A stretch of DNA of 64,000 nucleotides from Laetmonice hystrix (taxonomy: Eukaryota): assembly GCA_965235115.1 (NCBI GenBank), contig OZ249436.1, positions 23,810,001-23,874,000 on the forward strand, in the 5' to 3' direction. The notes under the pieces are model-generated. The model worked only from the letters and a program-made list of their open reading frames with translations. It ran no database searches and was not told the origin of the DNA. Of the stretch, positions 12,231 through 24,761 are shown piece by piece (position 1 is the first letter of the stretch; every line of letters starts with the position of its first letter). The position numbers and the translations under genes are program-made.

Positions 12231-15200
12231 CTAGCCCGACTGATTGCTAAAGCAATACAGGGATCCCTTCCCCTGACGAGGAACAATGAAGCAATAATAA
12301 AATAATAATGATAACGAGGCAATAGGTGTTGCTAGGCAACACCAGATCCCATTTCCCATTTATGTACATGACGTGCACCTAGCCATGACGTGTACAACTA
12401 CATGACGTGTACCTAGCCATGACGTGTACCTAGCCAAAACCAGACATGGCGATTAGTATGGCTATAACAATGGCACAACAGGCATTGATGTATTATGACG
12501 TCATTATGACGTTATACGTCACACGACGTCATAAGTCTTGGTGGCAACTGAAAGAGCATCTATGAGTTCCTATTCGGGTTCAATAGTAACTATGATCGTA
12601 TCTAGCATCGTTTAGGAGTTACAGGCCTCTGAAAATCCTTAGAAAATGGCAATGACGTCATTATGACGTCATACGTGATGATAGGTCAAAAAGGTTGGTG
12701 GCATTCGAAAGAGCATATATGACTTCCTATTCATGTTCAGTAGTAACCATGGCTCTATCTTACACCGTTTCAGAGTTACCGCCATTTGTTTCTCAAAAAT
12801 GGCTATGACCCAATTTCGATGTCACATGGTATGCTAAAAATAGTGCACAGCCCTTAGTCTGATCCCGGGGATCTGGGAAACCCCATGGAGATTCCCTGGT
12901 ATAAATTTGGGCTCGATTTGTCAAAAATTGTTGGAGTTGAGGCGAATTAGTAACATTTTGAGCTGTGACCTAGATTTCAAGAAGGTCAAAGGTCAGAGGT
13001 CAAATTGATGAATAAAATTATTCCCTCTCAAGTGGCAAGCTAAGTGCTATGAATGAATTTTCTCTGATCATGGGACTGGTACAATGAGGCACAATGAGGT
13101 ACTTCCCAAAACACCAAATTACGTAATGACGTCACGTCATATGACGTAAATCTTGGTGTCATTTGAAAGAGCATCTATGAGTTCCTATTCGTGTTTAATA
13201 GTAACTATGGTCCTATCTAGCACCATTTACAGACCACTGAAAATCCTTAGAAAATGTGAATGACGTCACTATGACGTCATAGTTTATACGTCACGATAGG
13301 TAAAAATGTTGGTGTCAATTGAAAGAGTATCTAATTGACTTACTATTCATATTGAAAAGTAACCATGGCTCTATAATACCGTTTCAGAGTTACAGTCATT
13401 TGTTTCTCAAAAATGGCTATGACCCAAATTCAATGTCACATGCCATTTCTCTTGTTTCAAAGTTTAGCACCTGGTCGCACCCCCCCCCCACCCCTGGCAA
13501 TATCCCGGGTCATGGGCTGCCACAATATCGCCATGTGGGAGGAAGGGGGTCCCCGATAATACTAGTCCCAATATGGGGAAGGTAGGGGGTCCCTGATATT
13601 TAGCCGACATATTGATATGTGACCATCCCTGGCCCAGATATTCTCAATCCAATACAATACAATATGTTTATTCACAACCTCGATGGAGGCAAAGGAACAG
13701 GGTCAGGGATTGTATCTTATAGTAGCACTGCTCACTCCATCTGCCACCGCCAGGGCCCGGCCCGCTAGCGTGAGGACAGTGTATAGTCGAGACGTGCTGC
13801 TACCTGGTGTCAAACTTCGCCCCCCCCCCCCCACGGTTGATTGTGTGCTAACAAGATGGTTTTTTGATTTCTTACTCTAGCCATTTCCTTAGCCAAAACG
13901 CAGCCATACTTTTTAAAACGTTACACACAAAAAGCTATAAATGTTTAATCTATACATCGACTTTCAAAGCAAAAGTCTACATTAAATATTTACAAAGACA
14001 GGCAGCAGTAGCAATTCAAAGCCATAGCATTAAACAGAAAGTCATAGCTCTTCAGAAAAGTATATGCTTGATGTGCGACAGGTCTGGCGTTCGATTCCCC
14101 ATCAAGTCATTTGCTGTTTTCGTTTTGATGTTGTTTTTCGACTGAATTTGAAAAATATTATGTTTCTCCCCTTTACAATTGCCAGTCATTCGGCTACAGA
14201 TAATTTACAGCTATATTTCACGTTTAATGACGAAATATACAGCATATACACCACTCACTCTCTGCAGTGTGGACTTACTATGGAGAACGCCATTGGATTT
14301 AACTGAGTTTTGTTAGTAAATAGCTTCGGTCTTCACATGGCGAGTTCCATTCCGAGACTTGGAATCTCCTCTTCAAAGTTGCCTGACATTGAGCTAAATA
14401 TCTACTTGAAGTACTCCCCATAGTTTTAGGCAGAAATATTAGATACTTATTAATACAGAGGGCGATAGGCTCAGCGTCCACAGTCGGCCCATCACGCGGA
14501 CACCGAGCGAGGCCCCGACATCACTCACGAAACCAGGTTTCTAGGTCACTCGATCAGTGGTCAAATTGGCTGTCTCTCTTCACAACCTTCTCTTATATAA
14601 TTGATCTCCGTATTGTTAATTATATATTTTGCCAATTGAAATTTATATTATCTTAAAGTAGACAGTTTAAAGTCCACACCGTGTAAATATTAAAACGCTG
14701 AGCTTATTGTCCTGTAGTTGAGACGTGCCCAAAAATTAAGAAAGAGATGACGTTGTAGATGACGTTGTATATGACATCACAAGTCACGTGGCACAAAAAA
14801 TATGGTACCTAATTAAAGTAGACATAAAACTTTCTAAGGTTCATTAAGAATTATGGCTCTGTCTCAAATCATTCAAGAGTTACAGCACAGAATCTTCGAA
14901 ATGACCTAAGTCAAGCCCAAGTTCAAAACTTTCAGGTCACGTGGTTCAGCGAAAATAGGTCAAATCGCTTATCCACCGAGGAATCTGTTGGAGCTGTCCC
15001 TAGAGAGTGCCTCTGCGAAATATTGTCAAGATTTATCCAAAAATGGGGAAGAAGTAATGATTTAACCGATTTACGAGCTAGGGACCAGGTCTCTCTAAGT
15101 TCAAAGGTCAAAGGTCAAATGAAGGGTCAGACTTATGCAGCACCCTTGCCCGACTAAAATGCCATGACGGATTTTCGAAATTCCCAAGATGAGGTTCAAA

Positions 15201-15454
15201 AATGAGCTTTAATGTACACAACACGTTTCACGTCATGACGTCATGACGTGACGTTACGTGACGTCATGACGCACCATGAGATCAGAGTTTGTCATCGTGA
15301 AGACGTAGCCCAAGTTTCATTGAGATATCCTGAAAAATGACTGAGATATACGTATAGGTTTACGACTACTACGACTACTACTACTACAGGCATAAAAATA
15401 AGGAAGACGAAACCAGACAATTTCAAGATCCCTTCCCCTATCGGGGGAAGGGAT
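12231..15454 (-). mobile_element. Family D copy 2, complete (~3.2 kb)
   Basis: 3' end: CTAG, ATTGCT-AA-AGCAAT hairpin, ATCCCTTCCCC. 5' hairpin ATCCCTTCCCC-TATCG-GGGGAAGGGAT (15428-15454). Confidence 0.85.
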
Positions 15455-15546
15455 AATAATAATAATAATAATAATAAAAAGGAAGGCGAAACCATACAAT
15501 TTCAAAATCCCATTCACCTGGAAGGTGAATGGGATAATAATAATAA

Positions 15547-18500
15547 CTAGCATAACAGATCGCAAAGCGATACTGGGATCCCATTCACCTCGAGCATTCT
15601 TTTAGCAATGGGGCAAGTATATACCATATAATGTCCCTTTAGCCGCACACTATTTATTTGCCTCGCACCCCAGCTTAAGCATGTCAGACAGTATGGCTTG
15701 GTGGCAAGAAGTGGGACTCCCATCGGAAGGGTCCGGGGTTCAATCCCGGGACAAGGCACTTTTTAATTTTTTTGTTTTTCACTCTCCAATTTTTTATAAA
15801 TGGTTACGTGACCTAAAAAAAATCTATAATAAACGGGCTTCCTATCTGTCTTCAATAATCACTTAAGGCCTATCTGGCTCTGTTGCTAACATATTGCCAA
15901 GAATGTGTTAATTGACCCATGTACCAAATTTCAAGGGCTCATGTTTGGCTCTAACTTCACCCATTTACAAATTACAGCCCTCACAAAATATTGGTTCACT
16001 GCATGTGATAATCAGTACCAGTTCAATCCAATATGAGCATGTAAGACAGTATGGCAAGGTGGCAAGATGTGTGACTCCCGTGGGAAAGGATGTGAGTTCA
16101 ATCCCGGGTCTAGTCACGTTATTAATTTTTTTTATTTTTCCCCTCTAATTTTAAAAAATGGTCACGTGACCTAAAAAAAATCTATAATAAAAGAGCATAC
16201 TTGAATTCCTATCTGTCTTCAATAGTAACTTAAGGCCTATCTGGCTCTGTTTCTAAGATATTGGCATGAATGTGTTAATTGGCCGACGTACCAAAGTTCA
16301 AGGGCTCATAATTAGGTCAAAATGGGGGAGTTCAAAATTCTGTGTCCGTAACTTTTTGAAACTCCCCATCTAGTCTCCCTAAACTCAATTTTGACTCAAT
16401 TTGACTAAAATTCTGGAGCGTGAAAAGATTTGGTCACATTTCGACCTATGACCTAGATCTCAACGAGGTCTAAGGTCAGAGGTCAAATTGCCCCCCAAAA
16501 TCTTAGCCCCTACTTGCCCAATAAAGATGTCACTAATTGTTTTTCAAACGTTTCCATTTTCAATGAAATAGAGGCTCATATATATAAACACGTATTACGT
16601 CATAACTCCATGACATAACGTCATATCACGTCATGACTCATATGCCTGATACCCAATCCCAATACCTATCTACAGACCAAGTTTCATTAAGATATCTTTA
16701 AAATAAATATCAAGTTGAGGCCCGAGGGTCACTACTACTACTACTTGTATAATAATAATAAGGAAGACGAAACCATACAATTTCAAAATCCCATTCACCC
16801 TCTAGGGTGAATGGGATAATAAGGAAGACGAAACCATACAATTTCAAAATCCCATTCACCCTCTAGGGTGAATGGGATAACTAGCATAACAGATCGCAAA
16901 GCGATACTGGGATCCCATTCACCTCGAGCATTCTTTTAGCAATGGGGCAAGTATATACCATATAATGTCCCTTTAGCCACGCACTACCTATTTGCCGCGC
17001 ACCCCAGAATAAACATGTCAGGCAGTATGGCTTGGTGGCAAGAAGTGGGACTCCCATTGGAAGGGTCCCGGGTTCAATCCCGGGACAAGTCACTTTTTAA
17101 TTTTTTTGTTTTTCACTCTCCAATTTTTTATAAATGGTTACGTGACCTAAAAAAAATCTATAATAAAAGGGCTTCCTGTCTGTCTTCAATAATCACTTAA
17201 GGCCTATCTGGCTCTGTTGCTAACATATTGCCAAGAATGTGTTAATTGACCGATGTACCAAATTTCAAGGGGTCATGTTTGGCTCTAACTTCATCCATTT
17301 ACAAATTACAGCCCTCACAAAATATAGGTTCACTGCCTGTGATAATCAGTACCAGTTCAATCCAGAATGAGCATGTCAGACAGTATGGCTTGGTGGCAAG
17401 ATGTGTGACTACCATGGGACAGGACCTGAGTTCAATCCCGGGTCTAGTCACGTTATTAATTTTTTTTGATTTTCCCCCTCTAATTTTAAAAAATGGTCAC
17501 GTGACCTAAAAAAAATATATAATAGAAGAGCATATATGAATTCCTATCTGTCTTCAATAGTAACTTAAGGTCTATCTGGCTCGGTTTCTAAGATATTGCT
17601 ATGAATGTGTTAATTGACCCACGTACCAAAGTTCAAGGGCTCATAATTAGGTAAAAATGGGGGAGATCAAAATTCTGTGTCCGTAACTTTTCGAAACTCC
17701 CCATCTAGTCTCCCTAAACTCGATTTTGACTCAATTTGACTAAAATTCTGAAGCGTGAAAAGATTTGGTTCCATTTTGACCTATGACCTAGATCTCAACG
17801 AGGTCTAAGGTGAGAGGTCAAATTGCCCCCCAAAATCTTAGCCCCTACTTGCCCAATAAAGATGTCACTAATTGTTTTTCAAACGTTTCCATTTTCAATG
17901 AAATAGAGGCTCATATATATAAACACGTATTACGTCATAACTCCATGACATAACGTCATATCACGTCATGACTCATATGCCTGATACCCAATCCCAATAC
18001 CTATCTACAGACCAAGTTTCATTAAGATATCTTTAAAATAAATATCAAGTTGAGGCCCGAGGGTCACTACTACTACTACAGGAATAATAATAACTAGCAT
18101 AACAGATCGCAAAGCGATACTGGGATCCCATTCACCTCGAGCATTCTTTTAGCAATGGGGCAAGTATATACCATATAATGTCCCTTTAGCCGCACACTAT
18201 TTATTTGCCTCGCACCCCAGCTTAAGCATGTCAGACAGTATGGCTTGGTGGCAAGAAGTGGGACTCCCATCGGAAGGGTCCGGGGTTCAATCCCGGGACA
18301 AGGCACTTTTTAATTTTTTTGTTTTTCACTCTCCAATTTTTTATAAATGGTTACGTGACCTAAAAAAAATCTATAATAAACGGGCTTCCTATCTGTCTTC
18401 AATAATCACTTAAGGCCTATCTGGCTCTGTTGCTAACATATTGCCAAGAATGTGTTAATTGACCCATGTACCAAATTTCAAGGGCTCATGTTTGGCTCTA

Positions 18501-21500
18501 ACTTCACCCATTTACAAATTACAGCCCTCACAAAATATTGGTTCACTGCATGTGATAATCAGTACCAGTTCAATCCAATATGAGCATGTAAGACAGTATG
18601 GCAAGGTGGCAAGATGTGTGACTCCCGTGGGAAAGGATGTGAGTTCAATCCCGGGTCTAGTCACGTTATTAATTTTTTTTATTTTTCCCCTCTAATTTTA
18701 AAAAATGGTCACGTGACCTAAAAAAAATCTATAATAAAAGAGCATACTTGAATTCCTACCTGTCTTCAATAGTAACTTAAGGCCTATCTGGCTCTGTTTC
18801 TAAGATATTGGCATGAATGTGTTAATTGGCCGACGTACCAAAGTTCAAGGGCTCATAATTAGGTCAAAATGGGGGAGTTCAAAATTCTGTGTCCGTAACT
18901 TTTTGAAACTCCCCATCTAGTCTCCCTAAACTCAATTTTGACTCAATTTGACTAAAATTCTGGAGCGTGAAAAGATTTGGTCACATTTCGACCTATGACC
19001 TAGATCTCAACGAGGTCTAAGGTCAGAGGTCAAATTGCCCCCCAAAATCTTAGCCCCTACTTGCCCAATAAAGATGTCACTAATTGTTTTTCAAACGTTT
19101 CCATTTTCAATGAAATAGAGGCTCATATATATAAACACGTATTACGTCATAACTCCATGACATAACGTCATATCACGTCATGACTCATATGCCTGATACC
19201 CAATCCCAATACCTATCTACAGACCAAGTTTCATTAAGATATCTTTAAAATAAATATCAAGTTGAGGCCCGAGGGTCACTACTACTACTACTTGTATAAT
19301 AATAATAAGGAAGACGAAACCATACAATTTCAAAATCCCATTCACCCTCTAGGGTGAATGGGATAACTAGTATAACAGATCGCAAAGCGATACTGGGATC
19401 CCATTCACCTCGAGCATTCTTTTAGCAATGGGGCAAGTATATACCATATAATGTCCCTTTAGCCGCACACTACTTATTTGCCGCGCACCCCAACATAAGC
19501 ATGTCAGACAGTATGGCTTGGTGGCAAAAAGTGGGACTCCAATCGGAAGGGTTCCGGGTTCAATCCCGGGACAAGTCACTTTTTAATTTTTTTGTTTTTC
19601 ACTCTTCAATTTTTTATAAATGGTTACGTGACCTAAAAAAAATCTATAATAAACGGGCTTCCTATCTGTCTTCAATAATCACTTAAGGCCTATCTGGCTC
19701 TGTTGCTAACATATTGCCAAGAATGTGTTAATTGACCCATGTACCAAATTTCAAGGGCTCATGTTTGGCTCTAACTTCACCCATTTACAAATTACAGCCC
19801 TCACAAAATATTGGTTCACTGCATGTGATAATCAGTACCATGCAGTTCAATCCAATATGAGCATGTAAGACAGTATGGCACGGTGGCAAGATGGGTGACT
19901 CCCGTGGAAAAGGATGTGAGTTCAATCCCGGGTCTAGTCACGTTATTAATTTTTTTTATTTTTCCCCTCTAATTTTAAAAAATGGTCACGTGACCTAAAA
20001 AAAATCTATAATAAAAGAGCATACTTGAATTCCTATCTGTCTTCAATAGTAACTTAAGGCCTATCTGGCTCTGTTTCTAAGATATTGGCATGAATGTGTT
20101 AATTGGCCGACGTACCAAAGTTCAAGGGCTCATAATTAGGTCAAAATGGGGGAGATCAAAATTCTGTGTCCGTAACTTTTTGAAACTCCCCATCTAGTCT
20201 CCCTAAACTCAATTTTGACTCAATTTGACTAAAATTCTGGAGCGTGAAAACATTTGGTCACATTTCGACCTATGACCTAGATCTCAACGAGGTCTAAGGT
20301 CAGAGGTCAAATTGCCCCCCAAAATCTTAGCCCCTACTTGCCCAATAAAGATGTCACTAATTGTTTTTCAAACGTTTCCATTTTCAATGAAATAGAGGCT
20401 TATATATATAAACACGTATTACGTCATAACTCCATGACATAACGTCATATCACGTCATGACTCATATGCCTGATACCCAATCCCAATACCTATCTACAGA
20501 CCAAGTTTCATTAAGATATCTTTAAAATAAATATCAAGTTGAGGCCCGAGGGTCACTACTACTACTACAGGAATAATAATAACTAGCATAACAGATCGCA
20601 AAGCGATACTGGGATCCCATTCACCTCGAGCATTCTTTTAGCAATGGGGCAAGTATATACCATATAATGTCCCTTTAGCCACACACTACTTATTTGCCGC
20701 ACACCCCAGCATAAGCATGTCAGACAGTATGGCTTGGTGGCAAGAAGTGGGACTCCCATTGGAAGGGTCCCGGGTTCAATCCCGGGACAAGTCACTTTTT
20801 AATTTTTTTGTTTTTCACTCTCCAATTTTTTATAAATGGTTACGTGACCTAAAAAAATCTATAATAAACGGGCTTCCTATCTGTCTTCAATAATCACTTA
20901 AGGCCTATCTGGCTCTGTTGCTAACATATTGCCAAGAATGTGTTAATTGACCCATGTACCAAATTTCAAGGGCTCATGTTTGGCTCTAACTTCACCCATT
21001 TACAAATTACAGCCCTCACAAAATATTGGTTCACTGCATGTGATAATCAGTACCAGTTCAATCCAATATGAGCATGTAAGACAGTATGGCACGGTGGCAA
21101 GATGTGTGACTGCCGTGGGAAAGGATGTGAGTTCAATCCCGGGTCGAGTCACGTTATTAATTTTTTTTTTATTTTTCCCCTCTAATTTTAAAAAATGGTC
21201 ACGTGACCTAAAAAAAATCTATAATAAAAGAGCATACTTGAATTCCTATTTGTCTTCAATAGTAACTTAAGGCCTATCTGGCTCTGTTTCTAAGATATTG
21301 GCATGAATGTGTTAATTGGCCGACGTACCAAAGTTCAAGGGCTCATAATTAGGTCAAAATGGGGGAGATCAAAATTCTGTGTCCGTAACTTTTTGAAACT
21401 CTCCATCTAGTCTCCCTAAACTCAATTTTGACTCAATTTGACTAAAATTCTGGAGCGTGAAAAGATTTGGTCACATTTCGACCTATGACCTAGATCTCAA

Positions 21501-21783
21501 CGGGGTCTAAGGTCAGAGGTCAAATTGCCCCCCAAAATCTTAGCCCCTACTTGCCCAATAAAGATGTCACTAATTGTTTTTCAAACGTTTCCATTTTCAA
21601 TGAAATAGAGGCTTATATATATAAACACGTATTACGTCATAACTCCATGACATAACGTCATATCACGTCATGACTCATATGCCTGATACCCAATCCCAAT
21701 ACCTACCTACAGACCAAGTTTCATTAAGATATCTTTAAAATAAATATCAAGTTGAGGCCCGAGGGTCACTACTACTACTACAG

Positions 21784-21819
<36 letters not shown>

Positions 21820-24563
21820 GGAAGACGAAACCATACAATTTCAAAATCCCATTCACCCTCTAGGGTGAATGGGATAATAATAATAATAAGGAAGACGAAA
21901 CCATACAATTTCAAAATCCCATTCACCCTCTAGGGTGAATGGGATAATAATAACTAGCATAACAGATCGCAAAGCGATACTGGGATCCCATTCACCTCGA
22001 GCATTCTTTTAGCAATGGGGCAAGTATATACCATATAATGTCCCTTTAGCCACACACTACTTATTTGCCGCACACCCCAGCATAAGCATGTCAGACAGTA
22101 TGGCTTGGTGGCAAGAAGTGGGACTCCCATTGGAAGGGTCCCGGGTTCAATCCCGGGACAAGTCACTTTTTAATTTTTTTGTTTTTCACTCTCCAATTTT
22201 TTATAAATGGTTACGTGACCTAAAAAAATCTATAATAAACGGGCTTCCTATCTGTCTTCAATAATCACTTAAGGCCTATCTGGCTCTGTTGCTAACATAT
22301 TGCCAAGAATGTGTTAATTGACCCATGTACCAAATTTCAAGGGCTCATGTTTGGCTCTAACTTCACCCATTTACAAATTACAGCCCTCACAAAATATTGG
22401 TTCACTGCATGTGATAATCAGTACCAGTTCAATCCAATATGAGCATGTAAGACAGTATGGCATGGTGGCAAGATGTGTGACTGCCGTGGGAAAGGATGTG
22501 AGTTCAATCCCGGGTCGAGTCACGTTATTAATTTTTTTTTTATTTTTCCCCTCTAATTTTAAAAAATGGTCACGTGACCTAAAAAAAATCTATAATAAAA
22601 GAGCATACTTGAATTCCTATTTGTCTTCAATAGTAACTTAAGGCCTATCTGGCTCTGTTTCTAAGATATTGGCATGAATGTGTTAATTGGCCGACGTACC
22701 AAAGTTCAAGGGCTCATAATTAGGTCAAAATGGGGGAGATCAAAATTCTGTGTCCGTAACTTTTTGAAACTCTCCATGTAGTCTCCCTAAACTCAATTTT
22801 GACTCAATTTGACTAAAATTCTGGAGCGTGAAAAGATTTGGTCACATTTCGACCTATGACCTAGATCTCAACGGGGTCTAAGGTCAGAGGTCAAATTGCC
22901 CCCCAAAATCTTAGCCCCTACTTGCCCAATAAAGATGTCACTAATTGTTTTTCAAACGTTTCCATTTTCAATGAAATAGAGGCTTATATATATAAACACG
23001 TATTACGTCATAACTCCATGACATAACGTCATATCACGTCATGACTCATATGCCTGATACCCAATCCCAATACCTATCTACAGACCAAGTTTCATTAAGA
23101 TATCTTTAAAATAAATATCAAGTTGAGGCCCGAGGGTCACTACTACTACTACTTGTATAATAATAATAAGGAAGACGAAACCATACAATTTCAAAATCCC
23201 ATTCACCCTCTAGGGTGAATGGGATAACTAGCATAACAGATCGCAAAGCGATACTGGGATCCCATTCACCTCGAGCATTCTTTTAGCAATGGGGCAAGTA
23301 TATACCATATAATGTCCCTTTAGCCGCACACTATTTATTTGCCTCGCACCCCAGCATAAGCATGTCAGACAGTATGGCTTGGTGGCAAGAAGTGGGACTC
23401 CCATCGGAAGGGTCCCGGGTTCAATCCCGGGACAAGGCACTTTTTAATTTTTTTGTTTTTCACTCTCCAATTTTTTTATAAATGGTTACGTGACCTAAAA
23501 AAAATCTATAATAAACGGGCTTCCTATCTGTCTTCAATAATCACTTAAGGCCTATCTGGCTCTGTTGCTAACATATTGCCAAGAATGTGTTAATTGACCC
23601 ATGTACCAAATTTCAAGGGCTCATGTTTGGCTCTAACTTCACGCATTTACAAATTACAGCCCTCACAAAATATTGGTTCACTGCATGTGATAATCAGTAC
23701 CAGTTCAATCCAATATGAGCATGTAAGACAGTATGGCAAGGTGGCAAGATGTGTGACTCCCGTGGGAAAGGATGTGAGTTGAATCCCGGGTCTAGTCACG
23801 TTATTAATTTTTTTTATTTTTCCCCTCTAATTTTAAAAAATGGTCACGTGACCTAAAAAAAATCTATAATAAAAGAGCATACTTGAATTCCTATCTGTCT
23901 TCAATAGTAACTTAAGGCCTATCTGGCTCTGTTTCTAAGATATTGGCATGAATGTGTTAATTGGCCGACGTACCAAAGTTCAAGTGCTCATAATTAGGTC
24001 AAAATGGGGGAGTTCAAAATTCTGTGTCCGTAACTTTTTGAAACTCCCCATCTAGTCTCCCTAAACTCAATTTTGACTCAATTTGACTAAAATTCTGGAG
24101 CGTGAAAAGATTTGGTCACATTTCGACCTATGACCTAGATCTCAACGAGGTCTAAGGTCAGAGGTCAAATTGCCCCCAAAAATCTTAGCCCCTACTTGCC
24201 CAATAAAGATGTCACTAATTGTTTTTCAAACGTTTCCATTTTCAATGAAATAGAGGCTCATATATATAAACACGTATTACGTCATAACTCCATGACATAA
24301 CGTCATATCACGTCATGACTCATATGCCTGATACCCAATCCCAATACCTATCTACAGACCAAGTTTCATTAAGATATCTTTAAAATAAATATCAAGTTGA
24401 GGCCCGAGGGTCACTACTACTACTACTTGTATAATAATAATAAGGAAGACGAAACCATACAATTTCAAAATCCCATTCACCCTCTAGGGTGAATGGGATA
24501 ATAATAAGGAAGACGAAACCATACAATTTCAAAATCCCATTCACCCTCTAGGGTGAATGGGAT
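15547..24563 (-). mobile_element. Family C copies 2-8 (~1.27 kb each): 15547-16817; 16881-24563 hosting 18094-19364, 19367-21945 (hosting 20583-21875), 21954-23225 and 23228-24499
   Basis: Seven near-identical bodies. Counting copy 1, there are eight 3' ends and eight C-type 5' hairpins (ending 16817, 16878, 19364, 21875, 21945, 23225, 24499, 24563). Confidence 0.85.
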
Positions 24564-24636
24564 AATAAAAAGGAAGATGAAACCATACAATTACAAAATC
24601 CCATTCACCTAGAGGGTGAATGGGATAATAATAAAA

Positions 24637-24761
24637 AGGAAGATGAAACCATACAATTACAAAATCCCATTCACCTAGAAGGTGAATGGGATAATAATAA
24701 GAAAAAGGAAGACGAAACCATACAATTACAAAATCCCATTCACCTAGAAGGTGAATGGGAT
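24637..24761 (-). mobile_element. Two unmatched family B 5' termini (bodies predicted upstream of the window)
   Basis: Hairpins 24664-24692 and 24733-24761 match the B terminus at 7268-7296. Confidence 0.7.

Larger units (their letters stand above)
10179..15535 (-). mobile_element. Family B' element (body 10179-12229, 5' hairpin 15507-15535), hosting D copy 2
   Basis: 3' end CTAGTGGCAAG-GTGCC-ATT-GGCAC-AGGT-ATCCCATTCACC. Distinct 5' hairpin loop TGGAA. Confidence 0.75.
8966..16878 (-). mobile_element. Family C copy 1 (body 8966-10177, 5' hairpin 16849-16878), hosting B', D2 and C2
   Basis: 3' end: CTAG, ATCGC-AAA-GCGAT hairpin, ATCCCATTCACC. 5' hairpin ATCCCATTCACCCT-CT-AGGGTGAATGGGAT. Confidence 0.78.
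7299..24626 (-). mobile_element. Family B copy 2 (body 7299-8964, 5' terminus 24571-24626), hosting ~15.6 kb of nested elements
   Basis: Body near-identical to 5568-7235. The first B-type terminus (AATTACAAAA, TAGA loop) after all eight C elements have closed is at 24598-24626. Confidence 0.75.

Noticed and set aside
1..15454. 13-kb segmental duplication (1-2256 vs 13192-15454)
   Set aside because: Similarity stops at the family D 5' terminus and the flanks differ (A-type vs B'-type terminus), so these are two element copies.
24443..24761. CRISPR-like array of palindromic repeats (also 56214-56520)
   Set aside because: No unique spacers, no cas genes, eukaryotic context; the units are element 5' termini.
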